From a candidate division WWE3 bacterium (GTDB taxonomy: Bacteria > Patescibacteriota > WWE3 > UBA101185 > UBA10185): a stretch of DNA of 33,512 nt. The notes under the pieces are model-generated. The model was not told the DNA's origin. It did no database searches and was given only the letters and a program-made list of their open reading frames with translations. Shown here one piece after another: positions 14,441 through 22,475 of this stretch. The stretch spans positions 695,407-728,918 of the forward strand of contig WJKK01000001.1 in the NCBI GenBank assembly GCA_014729135.1, read 5' to 3'. Every line of letters begins with the position of its first letter. The stretch's first letter is position 1. Made by a program: the position numbers and the translations under genes.

Positions 14441-16732
14441 ATGAAATTTACAAATAAAACAACAACAAAAAGAGTTTTGGGCTTAATTTTGATGCTGGGT
14501 GGAATATTCAGCTTAAGTGGCAGAGTTTATGCCGAAAACATAACCGTAACCTGCAACACAAATCCCGGAGACTGCGTAATGACTCCTTCTGCAGGAGCAG
14601 CACTATTTGCCGACACCGAAAACGACAACATAAACATGTTACCCGGACAAACCTCCCACAGAACAATTGATCTTATAAATAACTCCTCTGACACATGCGA
14701 AATTGTTTTAGGTGATGTAACAAACGTAAGACTAATAGGGGACACTCCCGAAACTTTTCCTTATGAACTTTGGACCGCTTTATCAGAAGGAGGACTTGCT
14801 TTTTACGGAGGACTTTCGTCAGGACAAGCTACAAGCACAAAAAGCTTAGGCGATTTATTTGACGGAGGGGACTTACCTATAACTAGCGTTCCCGGAGGAG
14901 ACAGCAAAACAGTGGACTGGCACGTAACGTTTAACCCTTTAGCCGGAAACGCTTACCAAAGCGCAGAAACTCGCTTTGACTTTGACATGCACTTTATGTG
15001 CGATGAAATTATGGAAACAACGGAATTTACCATCGCAAAGTTCACAAGCAGCTGGCCAACAAATCAAAATCCGGGAGACACCGTTACCTACACTTTAACA
15101 ATTCAGGCACCTGAAGAAAGAATCTACGATGTTGTGCTAACCGACCTTCCTCCTGAGACTTTTGAGTATGTAAATGGAAACTGGAACATTGCCTCAAACA
15201 TGCGCCTTTTAGCAGTAGGAGAGCCTACATATGCTTCTCCCGGTCAGTGGGATTTAGGGATGATGGAAGCCGGAGAAGTTTTAACGCTTACCTATGACGC
15301 TAAAATTTCTGACACTACCGAAGATGGGATTTATCCGGATTTAGCCTATGCTACGGGAAGAACTGCGGAAGAAGAGTTGGTTTATGCAGATTCTGTAGAT
15401 TCAGGATTTGAAATTAACGGAGGAGTTGTGGATGAAAACTTTGTAGGAACTCAAGTGAAAGTGAATCAGGAGCCTCCCGCTGAGGAAGCTGATATAGAAG
15501 TGGAAACGGAGGAGATTGAGGAGGAGGTTGAGGTTGAAGGCGAGGTCTTAGGATCTTCGGATCAGAGGCTTCCCGCTACAGGAGCTAGTTTATTTATTGG
15601 ATTAACCTGGATGCTTTCGATTTTAACGGGAGCAATGCTAATTTTTGTGAATAAGTTTAAAAAAGCAAAGGCTTTTAGTAAGGCGCCAATAATAGTAGTA
15701 GTAGTAGTAGTAGCAGCCATCTTCCTGGGAGTGGTGGTTTCGGGAAGAGCACATGCGCAAACGAGCACATTTGTCCTAAGAGTATCCGAGCCAGAAACTC
15801 CAACTAACAAGGAATTTAACGTTGAATTTGTAGTACTGGATCCTGCAGGTGACTCCGGTGAAAACATAACTGTAACGTGTGACCTTAAGAAACCGGGACA
15901 AACCTTCTCTACTTTAGATACGGCAAACTTAATTAAGGGAGGAGACTCCGGACTTTGCAAAATTTCAGAAAGCTTGTTAACAACAGATGGAACTTATGAA
16001 GTGAAAATTACGGCACAAAATTCCGGTGCGAGCAAGGCCGACACTGTATCCGTAGTCTACGACGGCAACGGACCCGGCAAACCCAAATGGATTGAAAAAG
16101 ACAAAAAATCCAGCTGTGAATACGACGTAAAATTTAAAACTTCCGATGACGGCGGTGAAACCTCCTATGTAGAAGTGTACAGATCCGACGACAAAGAATT
16201 CACCGTAAGCCCCTCCAGCAGAGTCAGAACCGTTTCAATAGGCTCCAACGAGGAACATGAGTTTACTCACAATTTGTATGGAGGCGACTGCGGAAGTTCT
16301 TACTATGCAGTTAGAGCTTTTGATGACGCCGGCAACTATTCGGATGTTCGCGTTGAAGAAGTTGAAGACATTGTGATTAAGGAGGTTTTTGTGGGGTCTG
16401 ATGAGGGAGGCGAGACAGAAGAAGGTGGAGAAGGCGCGGAATCCGGTGCAATCTTTTTGGAAGGAGGCGCCGGCTTGACTGAAGGAGAATTGGAAGGTGA
16501 GGTAGGCTTGGAAGAGGGAGGAGAAGCCGGAGAGGTGGCAGGTGAAACTACAGAAACTGAGGAGGGTGAAAGTGGGGAAGAGGCCAGTGGCGAAACTGCA
16601 GAAAATGAAGAAGGTGTTTTGGGTACTGCTGACAAGAAATTCCCCTGGTTCTTACTAGTTCCTGTTATACTTGTGGCCGGTTTTGTACTTTTAAGATCCA
16701 AGCGCAAAAAAGATGGAATCAGTTTCTCCTAA
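14441..16732 (+). CDS. Bipartite surface protein: TasA-like + DUF11-like domains, internal LPATG sorting signal, second signal-like segment, Fn3-like domain, G/E-rich linker, C-terminal TM anchor
   Basis: Signal peptide ..RVYA/EN. LPATG is at aa 377-381 (nt 15569-15583), followed by a hydrophobic stretch and KFKKAK. Then come IIVVVVVVAAIFLGVVVSGRAHA/QT, YYAVRAFDDAGNYSDV and the C-terminal FPWFLLVPVILVAGFVLLRSKRKK. Confidence 0.75.
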   Translation: MKFTNKTTTKRVLGLILMLGGIFSLSGRVYAENITVTCNTNPGDCVMTPSAGAALFADTENDNINMLPGQTSHRTIDLINNSSDTCEIVLGDVTNVRLIGDTPETFPYELWTALSEGGLAFYGGLSSGQATSTKSLGDLFDGGDLPITSVPGGDSKTVDWHVTFNPLAGNAYQSAETRFDFDMHFMCDEIMETTEFTIAKFTSSWPTNQNPGDTVTYTLTIQAPEERIYDVVLTDLPPETFEYVNGNWNIASNMRLLAVGEPTYASPGQWDLGMMEAGEVLTLTYDAKISDTTEDGIYPDLAYATGRTAEEELVYADSVDSGFEINGGVVDENFVGTQVKVNQEPPAEEADIEVETEEIEEEVEVEGEVLGSSDQRLPATGASLFIGLTWMLSILTGAMLIFVNKFKKAKAFSKAPIIVVVVVVAAIFLGVVVSGRAHAQTSTFVLRVSEPETPTNKEFNVEFVVLDPAGDSGENITVTCDLKKPGQTFSTLDTANLIKGGDSGLCKISESLLTTDGTYEVKITAQNSGASKADTVSVVYDGNGPGKPKWIEKDKKSSCEYDVKFKTSDDGGETSYVEVYRSDDKEFTVSPSSRVRTVSIGSNEEHEFTHNLYGGDCGSSYYAVRAFDDAGNYSDVRVEEVEDIVIKEVFVGSDEGGETEEGGEGAESGAIFLEGGAGLTEGELEGEVGLEEGGEAGEVAGETTETEEGESGEEASGETAENEEGVLGTADKKFPWFLLVPVILVAGFVLLRSKRKKDGISFS
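15693..15713 (+). repeat. Trinucleotide repeat (TAG)7 / (GTA)6 inside the surface-protein ORF
   Basis: aatagtagtagtagtagtagtagca encodes the VVVVVV run of the internal hydrophobic segment. Confidence 0.9.
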
Positions 16733-17357
16733 GGGCTTTAAAAAAGCAGGCCTTATATTTTTGGGCTTAGGACTCTTGGCAGGCCTGGTTCAATATTTTC
16801 CTGTTATTAAGGCTGAAATAGGATATCAATTTAAGGGAAACGCAAAAGAAACTGCGGAAGTTCGCTTAAGTGCTCCTTTAATAACCAATCAAGAGGAAGG
16901 GGCCCCGAAAGATTCCACTAAAGTCATTATCCCGGAAAGCAAAAGCTTTGGCCTGGTTATAAAAAAACTGGGAATTAACACTCCGATAATTGCTCAAGTG
17001 GATCCGTTTGATTCTAAAGTCTATCAAGAGGCTCTTGCTAAGGGAATTGCACATGCTAAAGACACTGCTCTGCCTAACGCAGGAGGAAATACAGTACTTT
17101 TTGCACATTCTTCGGATAACTTTTACAATGCTAATCGATATAATGCGGTCTTTTACCTATTAAATAAGCTGGAAACGGGGGATGAGATTCATGTGGCTTT
17201 TGAGAATAAGCTTTACGAGTATGAGGTGGCTGAAAAGAAGGTGGTTTCTCCGGAGGAGATGAGTTATATGGAGTCTTCTAAGGAGTCTAAGTTGACGTTA
17301 ATTACATGCTGGCCTCCCGGAACTACGTTGAAGAGGCTTGTTGTGGTTGCAAAATAG
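16713..17357 (+). CDS. Sortase family transpeptidase
   Basis: N-terminal TM, His in VLFAHS, catalytic Cys in LTLITCWP, and Arg in KRLVVVA. It overlaps the LPATG protein gene by 20 nt. Confidence 0.85.
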   Translation: MESVSPKGFKKAGLIFLGLGLLAGLVQYFPVIKAEIGYQFKGNAKETAEVRLSAPLITNQEEGAPKDSTKVIIPESKSFGLVIKKLGINTPIIAQVDPFDSKVYQEALAKGIAHAKDTALPNAGGNTVLFAHSSDNFYNANRYNAVFYLLNKLETGDEIHVAFENKLYEYEVAEKKVVSPEEMSYMESSKESKLTLITCWPPGTTLKRLVVVAK

Positions 17358-17374
17358 TCGAAAAATAAAAAATA

Positions 17375-17399
17375 GAGGCTCCTTTAAAATGGGAACCTC
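17375..17399 (+). terminator. Weak hairpin after the sortase gene
   Basis: gaggctcc / ggaacctc pairs 7 of 8 positions with a 9-nt loop. There is no clear T-run. Confidence 0.25.
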
Positions 17400-17450
17400 C
17401 AAATTTGCACACACAAAACCCCCACTAGTATAATCACTATACTAACCAAA

Positions 17451-18269
17451 ATGACCAAAAAAGCTGCCTACATCAAAACCCTAATAACCGCCTCCACCAT
17501 CTTTGTAGTAAGCTACTTTCTAACCCACTCCCTCATAAACTACTTTGAAACTCAAGGATACTTTGCGCTCAACTTTAACTTAATCTCCGGTGTAGGCTTA
17601 TTAATCTTAGGGTTAACCTATGCCGTAAGCCTTTCGTCACCTGCTTGGGGAGAATGGAGCCAGTTTATAATCGTTCCTTTACCTTTTATTTTGGGAGTTT
17701 ACTTAAATTTAGTCACTTTGGAACCGGCAAATGCTTTAGTTTTTTCCATTTTAATTTTTTTAATCTTGAGCTTCTTTATAGAAAAATCCATTAACTTGGA
17801 GCAGTTGCTAGCTAAAAACATTCCTGTAGTTTTTTTGCGGCCGGGAATAAAAGGATTACTGCTCTGTATTTCAATGGTGGCAGCTACAGTGGTGCTTTTA
17901 AATCCAAGGGATAAAGCTCAGGAGTTAACCGAGACCGTACAAGAGGCGGCTAATTCGCGCGTTTCTAAGTTTTTTGATAACGGGATTTTTACGGAAAATC
18001 CTGAAGTAGGGGCTTTGCTGGAATATACTTCATTGGAACAAAGTTTAGGGGAGGAGATTACTACGCAGGTTAAGAGTGCTATTGAGCCTTATCGGCATTT
18101 GATTAATATTTTTATGGCGGTGTTTATCTTTTTGGCTATGCAAGGATTTAATGCTGTTGTTTATTTGGTTTATTCTATTAGTATAGGGTTTTTGTTTTGG
18201 ATTGCACGTAAAACGGGCTTTGTAAAGAAAAAAACGGAGTTGATTGAAAAAGAGGTTTTAAGGTTTTAA
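17451..18269 (+). CDS. Polytopic membrane protein, hypothetical
   Basis: 272 aa with at least 6 hydrophobic spans. No family recognised. Confidence 0.6.
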   Translation: MTKKAAYIKTLITASTIFVVSYFLTHSLINYFETQGYFALNFNLISGVGLLILGLTYAVSLSSPAWGEWSQFIIVPLPFILGVYLNLVTLEPANALVFSILIFLILSFFIEKSINLEQLLAKNIPVVFLRPGIKGLLLCISMVAATVVLLNPRDKAQELTETVQEAANSRVSKFFDNGIFTENPEVGALLEYTSLEQSLGEEITTQVKSAIEPYRHLINIFMAVFIFLAMQGFNAVVYLVYSISIGFLFWIARKTGFVKKKTELIEKEVLRF

Positions 18270-18938
18270 AGCTTGGTCAATGGTGAGGGAGTTTTCTAAA
18301 GTGTAAGGGCCTACTTTTGTACGAACCAGATTAGACAGCACCGCACCCATCCCCAAATCTTTACCAACATCATAAACTAAACTTCTAATGTATGTTCCTT
18401 TACTGCAATTTACACGCCCTTTAATGAAAGGTAATTCTACCCCCTTTCCCGTAACGGGAAATTGTTTTGTATCAACATATTCTAATAATTCCAAGTCGTA
18501 AATTGTAACCTCCTTGGTTGGAATCATATCCTCCTTTAATTTGCCCTCCCGAGCATACTTATACAACGGTTTTCCTTTGTGTTTTACTGCCGAAAAAGGA
18601 GGTACTTTTTGTTGAATTGTACCTTTATAAGAAGAAAAAGCTTCCAAAACTTCATTTTCAGAGGGAGTAGTAAAACCCTCAGTAAAATCCAAAGGTCCTT
18701 CCAAGTCGTAAGTAGGGGAAGTAACTCCTAAAAACATCTCAAATTCATATTCTTTAGGCATTTGCATAAACTTTTGCTGTTTTTTAGTATCTTTATTAGT
18801 GAGAATAATTAAAACTCCCGTAGCTAAGGGATCTAAAGTTCCTGCATGACCTACTTTTTTAATACCTAAACCCGAACGGATTTTCTTAACCACGTCAAAA
18901 CTGCTCCATTCTAGAGGTTTGTTTATGTTTAAAATCAT
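18258..18938 (-). CDS. truB: tRNA pseudouridine(55) synthase
   Basis: KVGHAGTLDPLATGVLIIL contains the catalytic Asp motif. The start was moved to Met at 18938 (MILNINKP). Its 3' end overlaps the convergent membrane-protein gene by 12 nt. Confidence 0.9.
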   Translation of the reverse strand: MILNINKPLEWSSFDVVKKIRSGLGIKKVGHAGTLDPLATGVLIILTNKDTKKQQKFMQMPKEYEFEMFLGVTSPTYDLEGPLDFTEGFTTPSENEVLEAFSSYKGTIQQKVPPFSAVKHKGKPLYKYAREGKLKEDMIPTKEVTIYDLELLEYVDTKQFPVTGKGVELPFIKGRVNCSKGTYIRSLVYDVGKDLGMGAVLSNLVRTKVGPYTLENSLTIDQALKP

Positions 18939-19039
18939 AGAAGCATTATAGCAGTATGATAACTTAACCAAAATCAAGATCTAAGCTCTAATCAAGCTCT
19001 AAAGAGGTAGGAGGATGAAGTATCATACTCACACAAAAG

Positions 19040-19068
19040 TTGACTTTTAGTTATATGTAGGATATAAA
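19040..19068 (+). promoter_or_regulatory. Sigma70-like promoter TTGACT-17 nt-TATAAA facing thrS
   Basis: -35 at 19040-19045 and -10 at 19063-19068. It is bracketed by a 12-nt direct repeat agtatcatactc (19019-19030 and 19084-19095). Confidence 0.45.
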
Positions 19069-19167
19069 ACAGCTATATGATCCAGTATCATACTCGAAGC
19101 ACTCTAAATACATTCACTACAACCCCTTAGGGGGAGATATTTCGTATTCAAACTTATAAGTTCTTTG

Positions 19168-19274
19168 TCCTGAATTCAGGAGATAAGTAGGATCCCGGAT
19201 CAAGTCCGGGATGACAAAACACACCGTCATCCTGATGAAAATCAGGATCCCGGATCCTGAGTCAAGCTCAGGAT
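19168..19274. repeat. Cluster of four related hairpin repeats (GTCATCC..GGATGAC family)
   Basis: First, the palindrome tcctgaattcagga at 19168-19181. Then three 8-bp hairpins: 19192-19212 (atcccgga tcaag tccgggat), 19229-19248 (atcctgat gaaa atcaggat) and 19254-19274 (atcctgag tcaag ctcaggat). The first and third hairpins end in ggatgac; the middle one is inverted and begins gtcatcc. Confidence 0.8.
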
Positions 19275-19320
19275 GACGCGTACGTAGATGAGATGACGCG
19301 CGCAGAAAAGAGATGACGAG
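19272..19320 (+). repeat. Three direct repeats GATGACG(C/A)G spaced exactly 20 nt apart
   Basis: gatgacgcg at 19272, gatgacgcg at 19292 and gatgacgag at 19312. Related gatgac/aatgac copies occur at 19210 and 19327. Confidence 0.7.
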
Positions 19321-19406
19321 AACGAAAATGACATTTCACTGCTAAACAAAAAAGTATTTAATAAACAACCATTTTCCATTAAAATGGAAAGGAAAGTAAA
19401 AAACAC

Positions 19407-21200
19407 ATGAAATCAAAACAACAAAAAAACAATAAACAAAACTTAGAAGCACTGCGCCATACAGCAGAGCATGTACTTCATACGGCAATGCAAAACCTCT
19501 ACCCGAATCTTAAAAAAGTCATGGGACCTCCTATTGAAACCGGATTCTATTTTGACTTTGATCTAGAAGGGCAAAACATCTCCTCTGAAGACTTCCCAAA
19601 AATTGAAGCTGAAATGCAAAAAATAATAGATGCTGATTTACCCATTACCAAAAGAGAAGTCTCCGCTAAAGAAGCAAAAGAAATCTTTGCAGACAACCCC
19701 TACAAACTGGAAACAATAGCCAAAATAGAAGATGAGGGCGCCAAAATAACCTTCTATGAATTTGGCTCTAAAGACAGCAAGTACCATGACACAGACCTCT
19801 GCAAAGGACCTCACGTAGAAAGCACAGGTGAAGTAAAAGCCTTTAAACTCTTAAGTGTTGCAGGAGCCTATTACAAAGGAGACGAGAACAACAAGATGCT
19901 CCAAAGAATTTACGGGACAGCATTTCCTTCAAAGGAGCAACTACAAAAACACCTAGACTATCTGGAAGAAGCAAAAAAGCGAGATCATAGAAAACTGGGA
20001 CAACAACTCGATTTGTTCACCTTTTCACCTCTTGTAGGACCCGGTCTTCCATTATTTACACCTAAAGGCACAATCATAAAAGAGGAACTTCAAAAACATA
20101 TAGAAAAAGTCTGTCGAAATTACGGTTTCCAAAAAATCCTGACCCCTCCTCTCGCAAAGATAAAGCTATATAAGCTTTCGGGGCACGCTAAAAAGTTCTC
20201 AGAAGAACTCTTTCATGTAACCTCAGCAAGAAACCATGAATTTGTAATGAGACCCGTTCAATGCCCTCATCAAACACAGGTTTTCGCTTCAAGAATGCGT
20301 TCTTATAGGGACCTGCCGATTAGGTATATGGAATCCGAAAAACAATATAGAGCAGAAAAAGGAGGAGAGGTCGGAGGACTTAACAGAGTCTACGCTATTA
20401 ACATAGAAGATGGTCACTCCTTTTGCCGAGTAGATCAAGTAAAAGACGAGGTTAAAGGAATGATAAACATTATTAAAGATTTTTACTCCGCTCTAGGGCT
20501 TTGGGGAAATCATTGGATATCACTTTCAGTCAGAGACTATGACCATCCGGAAAAATATATTGGATCCACCGAAGATTGGGATGTATGTGAGCAGATGCTT
20601 ACAGATGTAAACGAGGAAATGAATCTGGAGGCGAAACGTTGCGAAGGAGAGGCCGCTTTATACGGCCCAAAAATTGACGTAATGTTTAAGGATGCTTTAG
20701 GTAAGGAAGTCCAAATTCCAACAGTTCAAGTGGATTTCGCAACACCTAAACGATTTGACCTTTACTACATAAACAAAGCAGGCAATAAAGTTCCTCCGGT
20801 AATGGTGCATCGTGCTATTTTAGGCTCTTACGAAAGGATGATAGCGCTCCTAATAGAACACTTTGCAGGGGCATTTCCTGTTTGGCTAGCTCCTGTGCAG
20901 GTGCAAATCATCCCTGTGAGTGAAAAAAACAACAGCTATGCCCAAAAAGTAGCTTCTACCTTAAAGAAAAACGAAATTAGAGTGGAAATGGACGACTCCG
21001 ATAACACAATGCAAGCAAAAATTCGAGATGCGCAAATGCAGAAGGTCCCTTATATGTTGATTTTAGGCGATAGGGAAGAGAAGGCTGAAACAGTAAGTGT
21101 TCGGCTTAGAACTGAAGAAAATAAGGGAGCCTTGCCACTAGAGGAATTTGTTGAAAAAGTTAAGGATAAATATTTGACCAAAGACTTAGAGTTGTGGTAA
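19407..21200 (+). CDS. thrS: Threonine--tRNA ligase lacking the N-terminal TGS domain
   Basis: It starts directly at the editing domain (LRHTAEHVLHTAM, DLCKGPH). Class II catalytic and anticodon-binding domains follow. Length is 597 aa. Confidence 0.9.
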   Translation: MKSKQQKNNKQNLEALRHTAEHVLHTAMQNLYPNLKKVMGPPIETGFYFDFDLEGQNISSEDFPKIEAEMQKIIDADLPITKREVSAKEAKEIFADNPYKLETIAKIEDEGAKITFYEFGSKDSKYHDTDLCKGPHVESTGEVKAFKLLSVAGAYYKGDENNKMLQRIYGTAFPSKEQLQKHLDYLEEAKKRDHRKLGQQLDLFTFSPLVGPGLPLFTPKGTIIKEELQKHIEKVCRNYGFQKILTPPLAKIKLYKLSGHAKKFSEELFHVTSARNHEFVMRPVQCPHQTQVFASRMRSYRDLPIRYMESEKQYRAEKGGEVGGLNRVYAINIEDGHSFCRVDQVKDEVKGMINIIKDFYSALGLWGNHWISLSVRDYDHPEKYIGSTEDWDVCEQMLTDVNEEMNLEAKRCEGEAALYGPKIDVMFKDALGKEVQIPTVQVDFATPKRFDLYYINKAGNKVPPVMVHRAILGSYERMIALLIEHFAGAFPVWLAPVQVQIIPVSEKNNSYAQKVASTLKKNEIRVEMDDSDNTMQAKIRDAQMQKVPYMLILGDREEKAETVSVRLRTEENKGALPLEEFVEKVKDKYLTKDLELW

Positions 21201-21278
21201 GTTTAACATCGCTGTAAAGCTGTTATGGAGAGCAATGTATAAAACAATAATCCAAAACAGCCTAAGGAGGAAACGCTT

Positions 21279-21785
21279 ATAGAAAAACGATACTTAACAA
21301 ATGGAAAAATTAGAGCACCTAAGCTTCGGGTAATTACCGGAAATGGCGATAATTTGGGCGTAATGGATCGAAATGATGCTCTAAAGGAGGCTAAGTCCAA
21401 AGGATTGGATTTGGTGCTCGTAGCTGAGAAAGCTAACCCTCCGGTTGCAAAGATCTTGGACTTTAACAAGTTTTTGTATGAAGAAAATAAAAAAGCGCAG
21501 CAAGCAAAAGCAGGATCTAAGAAGAGCGAGTTAAAGGAGTTTCGGTTTGGACCAACTATCGAGGAAGGCGATTTGCAAACTCGAATTAGGAGGACGAGAG
21601 ATTTCTTGAAGGATGGTGATCGTGTTAAGATTACGATCTATATGCGCGGGCGGGAGATGATGCATCCGCAAAATGCTTTTGAGAAGATTGAGAAGATGCG
21701 GGAAGAGCTTGATGACATTGCACGAGTGGAGAAGGAGCCTAAGAAAAAAGGTAATCTTATCTCTACTACTTTTGTGAGAAAGTAA
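21279..21785 (+). CDS. infC: Translation initiation factor IF-3, probable non-AUG (ATA) start
   Basis: The frame is open from 21243. AAGGAGG at 21264-21270 is followed 8 nt later by ATA (21279). The added residues (..TNGKIRAPKLRVITGNGDNLGV) match the conserved IF-3 N-terminus. The track ORF starts later at TTG 21354. Confidence 0.8.
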   Translation: MEKRYLTNGKIRAPKLRVITGNGDNLGVMDRNDALKEAKSKGLDLVLVAEKANPPVAKILDFNKFLYEENKKAQQAKAGSKKSELKEFRFGPTIEEGDLQTRIRRTRDFLKDGDRVKITIYMRGREMMHPQNAFEKIEKMREELDDIARVEKEPKKKGNLISTTFVRK

Positions 21786-21795
21786 GAAGTACCAC

Positions 21796-21820
21796 GTCAT
21801 TCCGGCGAAAGCCGGAATCA
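21796..21820. repeat. GNRA-loop hairpin repeat (gtcattccggc gaaa gccggaatca) after infC
   Basis: 8-bp stem attccggc/gccggaat with loop gaaa. It belongs to the same family as the hairpins upstream of thrS. It generates the spurious antisense ORF beginning MIPAFAGMT. Confidence 0.75.
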
Positions 21821-21838
21821 TTAAAAGGAAAAGTAACT

Positions 21839-22060
21839 ATGCCAAAACTAAAAACCAAAAAAACACTAAAAAAACGAGTAAAAATAACCGGAAGCGGTAA
21901 GGTCATGGTAGGACATGGCAGAAACGGACACCTTAAGAGAAAGGAATCCGCAAATCAGAAAAACCGCAAAAAAGGCTACAAAGAATACAAAGACAACGCC
22001 TTTAAAAAGAAACTCAAAAAACTTTTAGGGAAAAAAGGAGCAAACATCTCCATAAAATAG
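21839..22060 (+). CDS. rpmI: 50S ribosomal protein L35
   Basis: MPKLKTKKTLKKRVKITGSGKV... Confidence 0.9.
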   Translation: MPKLKTKKTLKKRVKITGSGKVMVGHGRNGHLKRKESANQKNRKKGYKEYKDNAFKKKLKKLLGKKGANISIK

Positions 22061-22073
22061 GAGCAAAATAGAT

Positions 22074-22421
22074 ATGCCAAGAGTAAAAGGAGGGCCAAGA
22101 GCCCGAAAAAGACATAAAAAAGTCCTGAAAAAAGCTAAAGGTTACAGAATGACCCGAAGTAAGCTCTTTAAGAGAGCTAATGAAGCTGTAATGCGCGCAG
22201 GAGAACATGCCTTCCATGGAAGAAAAGAAAAAAAGCGAGACTTTCGTAAGCTTTGGATTCAAAGAATTACCGCTGCTTTAGATGGAACCGGCCTAAACTA
22301 CAGCCGTTTTATTAACCTTCTAAAAAAGAAAAACATTACGCTAAACCGTAAAATGCTTTCACAACTTGCTATCATTGACCTGGAAGGGTTTAGTAGCGTT
22401 GTGGAAGAAGTGCAAAAGTAA
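22074..22421 (+). CDS. rplT: 50S ribosomal protein L20
   Basis: MPRVKGGPRARKRHKKVLKKAKGY...RDFRKLWIQRI. Confidence 0.95.
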   Translation: MPRVKGGPRARKRHKKVLKKAKGYRMTRSKLFKRANEAVMRAGEHAFHGRKEKKRDFRKLWIQRITAALDGTGLNYSRFINLLKKKNITLNRKMLSQLAIIDLEGFSSVVEEVQK

Positions 22422-22475
22422 AAAACCCCTGCTATTATAGTAAATAAGCACTTAAAGTTTTTACAACCTGCAGTA

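Noticed and set aside
15562-16707. Minus-strand ORFs 15562..15960 and 16336..16707 (S/P/T-rich)
   Set aside because: They are antisense shadows of the G/E-rich and V-rich stretches of the surface protein. Low-complexity translation is expected from the complementary strand.
19040-19406. T-box leader or tRNA-Thr anticodon-arm mimic upstream of thrS
   Set aside because: There is no T-box consensus (..GGTGGTACCGCG-like) and no specifier-loop architecture. No hairpin loop carries a Thr anticodon-like sequence.
21203-21469. 88-aa minus-strand ORF between thrS and infC
   Set aside because: It overlaps the extended IF-3 reading frame antisense and has no recognisable features.
21531-21821. 96-aa minus-strand ORF starting MIPAFAGMT
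   Set aside because: Its start is the antisense reading of the gtcattccggcgaaagccggaat hairpin repeat, and the rest overlaps infC antisense. This is a typical repeat-derived artefact.
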